From Lingula anatina (Eukaryota > Animalia > Brachiopoda): 64,000 bases of DNA. The notes under the pieces were generated by a model. It worked only from the letters and a program-made list of their open reading frames with translations, was not told the DNA's origin and made no database searches. The stretch lies in assembly GCA_051362555.1 (NCBI GenBank), contig CM120642.1, positions 29,698,001-29,762,000 of the forward strand, read 5' to 3'. Below are positions 14,501 to 27,156 of this stretch, in pieces (the stretch's first letter is position 1; the number at the start of each line of letters is the position of its first letter). The position numbers and the translations under genes were made by a program.

Positions 14501-17500
14501 AAAATCTCAATATATTGTCTTTGTGAATGTGTGGTTTTATTATATATAGTGGCATGTGGTAAGAACCTTATAATGTGATATTACCTGATGATTAGATATT
14601 TAAAACAGTATTATACAATGACATGTATAAGTGAACTTTTAATGATGTGTTACATACTGCAATCTAGATATGAGCAGCTTCTACAAAACAACTAAAAGCT
14701 CTTAAAAAAAGAAAGTCCAGTTTTCAAACCGAATGTGTTGAAATTGGTAGAGTAATACACCACACCTTAAAATTGATATTCTGTGAATGACTTCCATATT
14801 GTTTCCAACTTGAATATATATCATTTTAAATGATTACCTCCCCGAGAAATAAAAATGATATGTTGCAGATTCTTTGGTATTATTATGTATACAGGTACAT
14901 ATTGTATGTTTATTTCCTAATCAAGAAAAATACATCTGTCATAGAGAATAAGTAACAAGATATTTCTGTTTCCCCTCTTTTGTCCATGATCACTTATTCC
15001 ATCAAGATGGTTGTAACACCCGAAGTTCATTTGCTATACATAGTCTTCTCAACTTATTTGCTGGTTTTGAAGAACCTGTTTGCCCACCTGAAAAATATAA
15101 AGAAAGAGACATTGAACAAATTTTGTATGGAGAAAATTAGGACTGAAGTTCAATGCACGTGTCGTGATCCCAACAATATTGAGATATATTATTGAAATGC
15201 AGAAAAAACAGCATCACAAAGGAGTATTTGTTACTATCCCTCAAGTAGTACATGGGCTGCAGGCAAGATACTAACAATGAAGAATGTTTTGGCAGATGTG
15301 CAGCTTGATAAAAAGAATCAAACTCTCTTACAATTCTTGACAGTGCTAAATTGTATGTAAAGCATGTTTTCTTCCTATCCATATATTATGGCTGTGTGGA
15401 CTGGAGTAGGGTTTTTTTTTTAATTTGTTTGGGATGAAAATAAAGCTGTGCCAAGAAAAGGGATATCAAGGTCCACAGCATGGAGGTTACTATTACAACA
15501 CAAACCTTGACATTAGACTGTTAGCACTTTGTGAAACAATAAACTTTATGTGTGTCCCTATTTCCTTTATCGTATCATCAGCATTGGTGTTGGATTTTTT
15601 CCAGTTGACATTGAAAAAAAATGTTTGAAAAAAGCATGCCTTTTTTGTATTAAGTGGACTTTGCATTCTCAGTCAGTCCATGGTCTATATTTTTGCATTA
15701 GGCCACCATATTAAGGAGTATTTTACCTGTCTTCTGGTGCATGACCAGGTGTGAAGCCACTGGAGGAATGTTGTGCTGTCGATCTATCTCTGTTGCAATC
15801 AACTTAAGGGGCTTAGATGTCTGATATCCCTACTGATAAAAAATTATCGTTTAGCAGCTTCAGTAGGCATGCCAGACATTTAGCCGCTTAAGCTGAAAGC
15901 TATTTAGTGAGAAACCCTCTGAGATGAATAGATATTGTTAGTAGCAATGGGAACCCAGTCTTCCTGTCTTCCAGGCATAGTGACCTATATTGTAGCACAG
16001 TTTTAGGCAGACATGATCTCTTCATCTGTATTACAGGCCTGGAAGAACACAGTAAAAATTGCATGTTATAAAAAGTATGCTCTTCTGCATTTTAGAAAAG
16101 ATTGCATTCACACATGCTATATAGTAGAACAGAGTAAGGCAGGTTTAGCATTTTACATTTTTGAGTACAGTTAGTTGAGGCAAAATGTATAAAAAGTGGA
16201 AAGTTGACACAGTATATGGAAGAAAATGATGAGCATGGTTGCTTGATAATAATTAAAACAGAAATCCAGTGACAACAATGTAACAATATGGAAGTACAAC
16301 AAGATGAATCGATGTTCATTTTTATTTGATATTTGGTCTCTGATGGTACTACATGTAGCATGAAAAACTATGATATGTAAAACTTGACACTCTGCCCTCT
16401 AGTTTACTTACTGTTGGACCTTTAGTCTGCCCATTTAACTCTTCAAGAATCTCATGCTTTGCTTGAGAAATCCTGAATTAATAATCAAAGAAATTTTACT
16501 CAGAGACACCTGGTCCAATGGTTCATGCTGGTATATAGGACTTTTGAAAAAGCTGAGGATAAAATAATTTTAGTTGGTGAGTATTCTAAATATTAGATTT
16601 GTATGCCTATGTATTGATTTGATAAGATATTTTTAATTAGATCAAAGAAAAAGCAAGCTATATTCTAGGCATGAACTTAAGTCTAAAATACAACAAATGC
16701 AGAGAGTATTAAGGTTTGTAGAACAGTATGCTAGTAACTGTTGATAATACATGTAACTGCCTTCAAAATATAGGAAATTAACTACTGATAATTAATGTAC
16801 ATGTACCTGCATAGAAGACTCAATGAACAGCTTTACTACTGTTATGCTGTACGTGTCAGACTATGGTCATAACCTGGCATCTCACTCGGTTGGGGCTTGG
16901 GCTTTCAAATAAAAATTGTAGGGTTTCCTGGGACTGCAAGCCTTCAATATAAAACCGAATGGCCAACAGGGTACACGTGGTCTGTTCCAACACTTAGAAC
17001 ACTCCCTGGTTTCTGTCCTGTTGAAATCCACATCCACATCCAGCTGACCAGACATCTTGCTGATGTTCTTGTTTTATAAACCTCCATTAAGATGTGTCCA
17101 GGAACCTGTAACCACAACTGCAGTATTAATATACAGCATTAGATGTCTTGCTTATATGGCTTATGGCAAAAGGTTAAGTATAGGTCTGTGATAAGATTTA
17201 AGAATAATAAAATGATGTAGGAAAGTAAAGATGATATAATTTCTGATAGTTTGCTCTAATAAGATTTATTAATTGGGGTTGCCCCTAGTTCTCATAATTT
17301 TACATTTTTTTAAATAACTTTTTACTCAAAGTTACTTCTTTAAAAGTTGTGGTTTTTGCCTATAAAAGATTACATTTTAATCAATCACCTCAAAACTTTC
17401 AGAAAATGTATTTTATTGCAAACTTGAATATGCTGAGAAAATAAGAAAATCTAGGCCCTGGGGGGTCTAACCAACAGTGAAATTCAAAGTCTGGTCTTTT

Positions 17501-20500
17501 GTCCTATTATAAGGTATATATTGTACTGCCTAGTATTGTCAGGGAGGGCGCCTATAAACACAGTGCTAGGAGCTAGAAACACACCTGTGCAGAGCCGGGA
17601 ACACATACACCTGTTGTCCAATTGCTGTGGTTGAAACTCGGGTTGATGCAAGGTCAGGCAATCTACCTTCGAGATAGGTCCTGGGTTCCTTTAGGGAGAG
17701 GCTGAGGATGAAATAGAAATGGTTTAATCAAGGGTTCATGTATAAGTATTGAATTAAGTTTATATGGAGAATCTGTGTTGAAAACAGTGAGCACTGAATG
17801 GCAAATCAATATATTCATTGTGGCTGCATTCAGTTCCTTTGAAATATGCAACATTGTGCTGACACAGTTGCAAAGTTAACTACATAAAACATAAATGTTT
17901 AAAAAGGTAGCATGATAATTTGGGATAAGTGATTTTATTTTCTAAGCTAATTAGATGAAATCGGATAAAAACCACACAAAAATATCACAGAATTTCAAAA
18001 TTATTCACTGTCCGTCTTATTATCAACAACCCCTCCCCCTCGCAATTTTAAATTATTAACTGTTCATCTTATTAACAACAACCCCTCCCCATCTAAACCC
18101 CCCCCCCCTCCCGCTGTCAGTTAGAGGATAACTCCTCCTGGATGTTTTTGGGCAAGCTACACTAGTTTCTCAAGCTGCACTCTGCAGTGCCGCTTGCTGC
18201 ATTCAAGCCTTTGACCTAGAACAACCCCTTCTTCCAGGCCACTTCTCTCATTACCAGCCTTACAGAGCCTGAACCCAGCTTACCTTTAGCCTTACCGCAG
18301 GGGCACCCCTTTCACACACAAAGCCTGTGCATTTCTTTACAAAGTCCACTGAACTAACATTGGGATTTGAATAAACACTGAGAAATGGGGAGGAGAAGAA
18401 GATACAGAACATTGAGCTGTAGAATGAAAGTTTCAGTCGTGCCTTTATGCTCTGGTTGGCTATGGTTGATTAGATATCCTTCATTTCAGCTTGTAACAGG
18501 TTGAAACAGTGCATATGTATGTTGATTGCAAGAGCTTAAGATTTAATAAAACTGGTCGTAGAATGTAATATTAAACTGGGCAGAACAATTGGGATAACCG
18601 TTAAAGGGACACAGGTATTTTCATTAGGGCCTCGGCTTCTGGATGAGTACCCCTTTTCAATCTGTACAAAGCTGTGTTGATTATTCAAACACATTCTGTG
18701 TCAACAGCTTGTCTTACAGTTGGTGAAAGGGGTATTTGACGGTATTTTGCAGGGCATTGAAATTGTTCACAGGTATACCTATTATGTATTCTGATTATTA
18801 TTTTGTTATTTTTGGTGTCCTGGTTTTGCTGTGCTTGATTTACACATCCAGAGAATAGAAAGCTTGGGGAGAAAGGAAAACAGCTTCCAGTGAGCAGATT
18901 ATGAAATTTATGTTCAGATATTTCACAATATTCTCTTGGATGTTTTGTTATTCCATACATACTAATACATGTAAATCAAACTGGAAAATGACTTGAAAAC
19001 ATTCATGACATCTTTAAATAACAAAATCCTTATCAGTTTTAAAGGGATATTTGTTCCTAAACTGTATCAAGCAAATTTATGCGAAATCAATGAAAGAAAA
19101 AGTTTGATCAACTTTATGATAAAAAAAAAAGATATTAATATTTTTCTGGATGTCAGCAAGTGGCTTGATTTGTGTTACAATATGATTAAGCAATATGTTA
19201 ATCAGTTTTTGTAACTTAACAGTTGTAGCTTGACCAGAAATTCAACCAGATGGTTAGTTGTACTGGTACATTTTCATTCTACAGTACGCTCTCTGCCTGA
19301 CAGAGCAAAATGAGAGTGTGCTAATTTCATCACCTTCTTGTGCTTTCTTTTACAAATAAAATGTGATCAAACTTAATTGTTTGTGATATTCCAGTTAAGA
19401 CTTTTGAAATCAGGGGTTGGTTTTAACATCAATTCATTTTTATGCTATATTACTCTACATTCTTCTCCTGAAAATCTTTTCATAGTTGTAAAAGAGTTTC
19501 AACAAGATTATGCCTTCAAAATAAAGGTTTAAGAGATTAGGTATATTTGTATTTTTGTATCTGGGCAGTGTCAACTTACTGAGTGAAGCATTTTTGTACT
19601 CCAGTATGCCAATCACTTCGAACATGCTTGCACAAAAGATTAGCTTACCTGATTGCTTTACAAGCTATCTTGGCGTCCTAGGCAACACAAACATTTGCGG
19701 GTACCAGGCAAGCTTGAAATCTCTTTTCAAATCTCCTATAAAGAAAAATTTTAATTTGAAAATTTGAGATAATTTCTTTATTCTTTTTGATCTTGCATGA
19801 GGAGATCGTACAAGGTTTTACAGGTTTTTAGATTTGTAAGATTCAGAAGTTGAATAGTTTTTAGTTTTTATCTGTTCCATGTATATTGATATATTTACAT
19901 ATAATTCTGTTGTCCCCAAAAAGATTTCAGTCTATGTACACATGTTGTATAGAAAAGGCCATTCTGATTTTTGTTCAGTTTAAGTGAGAGAACTCTAGGC
20001 AATAAAAATTTATTGTCTTGAAGTAATAGCTAAGGAACTTAAAATGTGATTTCAGAAAATATCGTACACTTCTTATGAATTTTTTTTGCTATAAATCTGT
20101 CTGACATTGAAAAGGACAAATGGATTTTTTTCATAAAGAATAACATAAGGTGTACCATCTTATTTACTCCTCCTTACAGTTCTGTTTAATTTAAATTTTG
20201 TGGTCTATGATTCCTTTCACAGAAATTTTTCAAAAAGATTTGATCTTCAGCATGATTATAACTTTAAACGTTAAAAGCATATAACTTGCTGATTTTAAAA
20301 AATATTTTGCTGCTGGTTTCTTATATCATTACACTGTTTAACAGTGCTAAATGTACTACAGTTGTAGCCGTATCACACAGAAATTCTTAAAATATTCCTC
20401 AGATAAAGTGTTGACAGCCGGATTTATGGCCATCCATGTTTTGCCTTGTGTTTTATGTGCAAGGGTGCTTTTGCTGATCAATATCTGTCCTCACTCTCCT

Positions 20501-22287
20501 ATAACCTACATATTAATATCTACAGTTGGAATGAAATACACCCACTCTTGGCTCAATAAGTGGAGTTATTTCTGTGTCATGTTTGCTAAAAGGATATGAA
20601 TATAGTCAGACCTGTATCGGTCTGTTCAATATCTGTAACCTATATTTCTTGAAGTACCACAGTTGTTAACACGTGCAAGTATTAAAGAAAATTGTACTGA
20701 TTCACAGCAGAGATTGAGAGCTTTGCATTGAACTTACCTGTGTAATAAAGGTACTGTAGTAGCCCATATATATCTTCTTGGTATGATATTCCCTCTGGCA
20801 ACTGTTATTAAAGGGAAAAAAATCACAATGTGGTATCTATGCACTGGTATGTGGGATATATCAGTAATTATCATAATCCTAAGCCTTATTTGGATAGATC
20901 AGCAAATTAGATAACGTCCATGTGTGAGTGAGGGGTTAAAGTGGGGGTGGACGGATGGGACATGACTACCTTTCTCATTTATTTCCAGGTGATCATTATT
21001 GAGCCATTCTTTGACTGTTATGAGCCTATGGTAAGGCTTGCAGAGGGGGTACCAGTGTTTATACCACTTAGAGCAGAGGTAAGAATGGCTGCATGGTGAT
21101 TATTTCCACAGCAAACACAACCAGGGCACTATTTATGGTGGTGCTTGGTTTGCTGATTGTGTTTCGTCTCACCTGTCACAATTCCAGCAAAATGATTCCA
21201 TATTAGAAAAAGAATATAATTAAGAATTAAATCTGCCTGTCATCATGATACTTACTGAAACATATTTACAAAGAAAGTTTAAGTAATTTACAGTGTTTGC
21301 CAAGAATTGGACTTCATTTCATCAATATGCATGTGTAGAAAACAAACTTAAAGCTTTATTCCTTGTGATTCATAGATCATTTCTTAAAAAACATTGTAAC
21401 TTCCAAGTGAACATGATGACTTTTAACTCCTTCTTCAAACTTTTTATGTAATTTTTTTTAATTAATAAGTAGCTGATAAATTAAAATTTTACGAATTTTC
21501 CAGAAAGCAAAGTCAGTGTCATCCAGTGCAGATTGGAAACTAGACCCAGAAGAACTAGCCAGCAAGTTTAACACTAAAACTAAAGCAATAATTATCAATA
21601 CTCCACATAACCCAACTGGCAAAGTAAGTTGAAAGCTTGTTCCTGTACATTTAATTTAGTTTGTGTGTTTCTGAAGCTGGGGGTTCATTAAGTTAAAATT
21701 GAAAAATAAGACAGTTGAAAAGACTGCAGTGCATTAGGACAGTAAGTGTAAGATTTTTTTATAATAGGCTACATCTGTTTCTTTTTAGTTGAAATGCTGT
21801 ATGTCTTGTATAATGTAAAAGTAGCAGTCAAGACATTATAGATTATTACTCTTACAAAGATGTTTACTCTAACCATGATTTTCAGGGGGGGGATTTAGGC
21901 CGTCTTCAGGGTCTTCCAGAAGACGGTCAGATTTTCAAGTTTACATTGACAGCTTATTTTTTCTGTTGGAAAACGGTCAAAATGAGAGGATGGATCAACA
22001 AAGATAATTTGGAAGACTGTCAGAAAATAGCTCTGGATCCGCCCCTGACTTTGTCTCAGTTATAATTATAATGACATCAGTAAGTAAACCTCTGCATGCC
22101 ATACTGCACTGCAGTGTTATTATCACAGCCCTGGTCTATCCTTGGTTTAGGTTTTTTCCAGGGCAGAGTTGGAGGTGATAGCAGACCTGTGTAAACAGCA
22201 TGATGTGATGGTGATATCGGATGAAGTGTACGAGTGGATTACTTTCCAAGGGGAGGAACATGTTAGAATAGGTAGGAACCAGCATGT

Positions 22288-22351
<64 letters not shown>

Positions 22352-24471
22352 GTTTGTTTGTTTGATTGAGTCCTGATAGTTAGCAGAAGAAATTAAGAAA
22401 TTTTTTTTAGATTTTTTGACAATATCAGTCAAGTCAAGCAGTCAAACTAGATAATACTTCCTCCTAAAAGAGTTCAATCAATGACCTTATGGAGTAACTA
22501 ATTTTTTAAAGAAATTGTAAAAAATGTCCAAGAAGAGAAGCATGTGAGTTATTTCAATTTGTAAATAAAGTATCCCCTCTTTTCTAGCCACCCTACCAGA
22601 CATGTGGGAGCGTACCATCAGTATCAGCAGTGCTGGGAAGACATTCAGTGTGACTGGCTGGAAGCTGGGCTGGTGTATAGGACCTTCACACCTGATAGAG
22701 GGCGCTCAGAGGATTCACCAGAACTGTAACTACACCTGCCCTACTCCACTACAGGTATGTGGGACATCAGTTATATGGAAATAAAATCTTTATCACTGCA
22801 TTTATATTTTCCTATAACAAGTGAGAATGCTGAAAAACAGCATCAATAATAATAAAAGCTATTAGAACTAATAATACCTCTTGAACCAAAGTCTTGGACC
22901 AAAATGACCATCTATCTATCTAGAGACATATCTGTGAATATCTGTAAAAAATCTATCAGTCGCCCTGGTAGAGGGTAAATATCTCCCATGGTATGACGTT
23001 GTCTGAGTTTATACACTTTATCATCACTGTATTTAGGAAGCAGTGGCTGTTGGCATGGAAACAGAAGTTCACAGACTCGGTCAGACAGACAGCTACTTCA
23101 GACAACTTAGTGATGACTTGGAAAGAAAGCGCGACATTCTTGCCAAGGATCTTCAGGAGGTCGGGTTCGTTCCTGTCATTCCCCAAGGAGGGTACTTCAT
23201 GATGGCCGACTTTTCGCATTTAAGTCAGTATTTTAGTAGCATTTTAGATGGATACTTATACTTTTAAATTGTTAATGGCAGAGGCAAAGATATAGATGTA
23301 GTGATGTAGTCACTTAATTAGGAAAAAAACATTATGAAACAGCTACGCATTGCTCTTAACAAGCCAGATGATGCTCTTGAAATAAGAGCAAAACATTGCA
23401 TTGTTGTAACAGTTTCTTAAAAGGTTTGTTCCAAAGTAAGCGATTATCATCACTAAAGCTTTACTAAATGATCTTTGAACCATGAACAATCTAATAGAAA
23501 GTGCATTCCATTGTTTTACAATACATTTCTTATCTTTCAATCATATTTTTATGAAATGCAATATAAATATAATCAAGAGATTTTTTAAAAAAAATTCTAG
23601 ATGTCAGTTTTGATGACAGTGACAGCTCTGACACTACAGAGGATGTCAAGTTCTGTAAATGGATGACTGTCAATAAGGTGAATTATAAACAAACTGCATG
23701 TGTGGATATATGCGTACACAAACACGTACACTGACTTTTATACTTGTAAATATGTACTTATTTCTACAAAAATAATATAAAATGACTTTATGATATAAGT
23801 TTAGTGTGACCACTAGCTGCAAAAAAAAAAAAAAAAAAAGAAAAACGATAATAATCTGACTTAATTTCATTCTGAAAATAAGAGAATTTTGTAATCACAA
23901 AGGTGAAGTTATCACAACTAAAAATTATTAAATTTATAATAAACATCAAACATCAAAAATTAAAAATCATTACTTAAACTTTTTAGAAGCTGTCTGCTAT
24001 CCCACCAAGTGTTTTCTACCACAAAGGTCACAAACATTTAGGAGCCAAATACCTACGCTTCTGTTTTATCAAAGTAAGTAAAGATTGAGAAATATCAATT
24101 TTTAATAAAAAGCCCTGTGGTCATTAAGTCCATTTTTAGGTCAACTGATTGTTCCTGTGTATCAAGTGTGTAATATTACCCAAGTTGCCATTTTTGCATG
24201 TGGATAAAGCTTTACCCTATGTATGTTTAAACCAGCCATATTCCACTGGGTTTTCAATAATAGCAGTGTAGACTGAAGTTATTTACAACAGTACTTTGAA
24301 TTCTCTCAGTAGAAAAGTGTGCTTCAGATTACTAAAATATTTATTTGGCCAACTTTTGTTGGATTTATACTAAGAATTTTGATAATGATTTGACTTTTTT
24401 TCTATTTGAAGGAGGACAGCACACTGGAAAAAGCAGCAGGCATATTGAAAGAATGGAAGAAATCCTTATAA
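7745..24471 (+). CDS. KYAT3: Kynurenine--oxoglutarate aminotransferase / cysteine-S-conjugate beta-lyase (KYAT3/CCBL2-like), copy A; 462 aa with leader, 421 aa from internal Met 8520
   Basis: GT-AG exons that join in frame: 7745-7861, 8514-8575, 9036-9087, 11701-11799, 12875-13024, 20989-21078, 21504-21623, 22151-22271, 22588-22754, 23037-23223, 23601-23677, 23987-24073, 24412-24471. Motifs [55 protein letters not shown] (PLP Lys), LRFCF. PHNP and NYTC are closer to KYAT3 than KYAT1. Confidence 0.93.
9788..10225 (+). mobile_element. Possible decayed LTR with PBS-like sequence
   Basis: Starts TG, has an internal AATAAA near 10066, and ends ...TACA followed by GTGGACGACG, resembling the gypsy PBS TGGCGACG. 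Absent from the copy B intron. No TSD found. Confidence 0.25.
10541..11407. repeat. Compound (CA)n/(TACACA)n microsatellite, about 870 bp
   Basis: Directly visible. It explains all the His/Thr/Tyr and Val/Cys ORFs at 10473-11739. A (TG)n tract follows at about 11503-11547. Confidence 0.97.
12591..12763. mobile_element. Old MITE with ~56 bp imperfect TIRs
   Basis: Left arm TGATCCATTCAAAATGGGGGACTAACTTG...GACCCACT versus reverse complement of the right arm GGCTCCATTCAGAACAGAGGACTAACTAG...GACCCACT; TAA follows the right end. Absent in copy B. Confidence 0.7.
13342..13562. mobile_element. Old MITE with ~70 bp imperfect TIRs
   Basis: TTCCCAATGAAACTATCATT...GACTCTCTCTGAGTACAATCA pairs with TGATTGCAATCAGTGAGAGTC...AATGATAGTTTTATTGGGAA. 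Confidence 0.7.
14960..18360 (-). pseudogene. Decayed multi-exon antisense gene, probably transposase-like, inside the large KYAT-A intron
   Basis: GC-richer exon-like blocks with minus-strand pyrimidine-AG acceptors and GT donors (about 15087 start, 15727-16038, 16874-17105, 17701 start, 18130-18350). Translations contain stops and frameshifts; one block is Cys-rich ([18 protein letters not shown]). Confidence 0.4.
21883..22047. mobile_element. hAT-type MITE
   Basis: Termini CAGGGGGGGGATTTAG and CTGGATCCGCCCCTG match the CAGGGGCGGAT hAT TIR type. An 8-bp TSD is not preserved. Absent in copy B. Confidence 0.65.
22289..22351. repeat. (TC)n(TA)n microsatellite
   Basis: Directly visible just after the donor of exon 22151-22271. 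Confidence 0.95.
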
Positions 24472-25270
24472 GGAGAAGATTAAGGAGGACAAATAAAACA
24501 GATTTATATAACATTAAAATATACGGATACAAAAACTGTTTAATTGAAAAGAGTATGAAATTTAGGGCATACAGTGTAATATATAATAAACTATTTTATA
24601 TCAGATCAGTACATTGTACATAATTTAAAAGAAGAGTTTATTACAAATGAAGTGTTAATGAGAGCAATAAATAGCTTTCTACAAATATTAATGTATAAAA
24701 TACAATGAATAGTATTCTACAAAGATGAATATACAAAATGCACTTACAGTAAATGCGCCAAAGAGTTGTGGCATGAGGGCCTAATGTTTCTCTTCTTCCT
24801 ATTTTTTTAAGATGCCTTAAAATTGTTTTCTGTGTATCTGGATGAACATTTCAGTGTCATGTAGCCCCCCCCCCCTTCCACATATTCACCCTTATTCAGT
24901 GAAACCTGCAGTACTAGTTTTATGCAAGAACATTAAAACCTATTTTCTGTTTAAGCAGTTCAATATCTTTAAAACCGGTGCAAAATGACAGTCGTGCCAT
25001 TTTTCTGCTGATATCTCCTTTGATGAGAGATTGACGTGAGAGACCTTTATTAATGTAAATCATTGTTTTGTGATTGTAATAACTGTGATTGGAAAAAAAA
25101 TCCGTCATGTGAATCGTATCAACTGATGCAAAATAAAAAAAAAATTACAATTCCACACAAAAAATATGGAATTTTGTCTGTTCTTATTTCTGCTTTGACA
25201 GTTTACGTATACAAGACGAAGATTACAAGTAAAAAATTACTATATAATTTTATTGATTATTTTAAATTTT

Positions 25271-25421
25271 GCTGCGCACGTGGGACCTTTCTAGTTTCTT
25301 CTCTCTATATCCAAAGTTTTGTGTAAATTATTTCCTTGGCATCAGTTCTTCCTTGTAAAAGTTGTATGGGCAGGCAGTCACGCAGTAAAAAAAAGAAAGG
25401 CGAGGCTTGATTTGAATAAAA
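25271..25421 (-). pseudogene. GPCR TM7/C-tail remnant downstream of KYAT copy A
   Basis: Aligns to 33570-33725. Translates FYSNQASPFFF[frameshift]YCVTACPY versus FYMNHASNFFLYCLIARPY in the intact receptor. Confidence 0.8.
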
Positions 25422-26643
25422 TCAGATCCGCCTCAGTTGTGTGATTACCCACCCAAATTATCTCTTCTGCTGCTATGCCTGTTTGTTTTGGGGCGGGTAG
25501 TTACATAAAGGTAGACAGCTTTATCTATCCAATACCACAGAAAATTATCAGAAAATTCACTAGTTGCCGACCCCTTTAACTCTGCTCTAAGATATCCCCA
25601 CGATTATAAGCGATCAGGCACCGTAATGGCTAGGTTATCTGGCCGAACGCCCCATTTTCCCTTACAACATGGCTTCAGCAACAGGTAATAACTGAGCGTC
25701 GCTGATCTGACAGGGTCATCATTTTATTACTGACATTGCTCCTCCCCCACATCGTTAAGATAAGTAAGACATGAACAAAAACAATGCTTAGATACATGCT
25801 TTCATGTTAATTTTCATACGCTGGAAAATGGTGATTTAATTTATGCAGGTCTATAACCGATTTCAAGTACGACACTCTTGAGCTCCTTATTACGCTAGGT
25901 GTAACAGAGCCTGTACATACCCGCATCGGAGCAATATTATATATGACATGAGTTCCCCGCATTGATACACTCCCGAATCGGTACCCCCCCCCCCCCCCTC
26001 AATGGTTTAAAAGGGAATATTTTTACAAACTTACTTTCGGGTCGGGTTTTTAGAAATCTTAGGGCCAGGTTTCAAAGCTGAGAAAAATGTTTTCGTCTTT
26101 TTACCTGTGGGCGTCCCGATACGGAGTAGTAGCGGCGAGGGGACGTTAAGTGATCCGTTCAGGGCAATATACGGATATTAAGTCCGATATGTGTGAGGGG
26201 CCTTCTTAAAAATCTTCATGCTCTCATCAAGCATATACTTCTATAGTTAAACAGGATAATATATTTATAAATCTTTTTACTTTTGTGACTCGTTAAAGAA
26301 CTGTTCAGTAATTAACGAAAATGTAGTAGTATTTGCCTTTAAATAAATTCTGTGAAACTGCTCGTGAAAAAAAAGAAGTCGCTAAAGATTGAACATTAAA
26401 AACCAAGTTATATGGTATGTATAAGTCAAATTCTTACTACAAGTAAGTGAGAGATATTTATTTTTTACATAACGCGTGCACTTAGTGTAGTATGTACTAA
26501 AGTAAATGTATCTGTTTGTCAGATATATTTATATAATAATGAGAAATCTCTCTATGTACATGTAATATTGACAGTCTGTCTGTCCATATACCTATCGACT
26601 TATCTATTTATCCATTAATCCTTTTATTCATATGTATTCACAG

Positions 26644-26749
26644 GGCACGTTGACTACTCTGAGACCCATTGTTGAAAGGAAGAGTTCGGTCGTTAGAAGT
26701 TTCTGTTCTCAGAATAAACACCCCGTCACCACTCGGTAAGAAAGCAGTA
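26644..26749 (+). pseudogene. Disabled mitochondrial-leader exon of KYAT copy B
   Basis: Homologous to 7742-7861 with splice sites kept, but ATG>ACG (26647), 14 nt shorter, and in-frame TAA at 26737-26739. Confidence 0.8.
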
Positions 26750-27156
26750 GTAAGTTAATGGTAATGTTAACAACTATGGTAATGTAACCCATTATGCACA
26801 ATAGCAATAATAATAGTCTTTTGCCATGTTGTCTTTTATAACTTAAGCAAAATATAACAGATTGATTGGCTATTTTTTTCTATTTTTTTCTGGCAAAGTA
26901 CCGGTAAATTGTTTGTGAAATGTTTACAATTGGTTCATATTGACATCTTAGTATTTATTCCGTCTCATGTCAAAAGGTCACGTCCATCTCGTGACAGTTT
27001 ATACTAGTAGGTAGCATGGTTCTTAGATAATTCTTTTTCCAGATCACATTTTCAAGATATATTACACATTCTAGCCACTCACTTGTTGCATGTAACATTG
27101 TGGACTTTTCTGTTAAGTTTGTGTTTTATTATTTGTTCTTCTCTTTGCAGTCTAGG

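Noticed and set aside
25905-26205. Possible MITE in KYAT-B intron 1
   Set aside because: Terminal inversion too degenerate to define by eye and no TSD.
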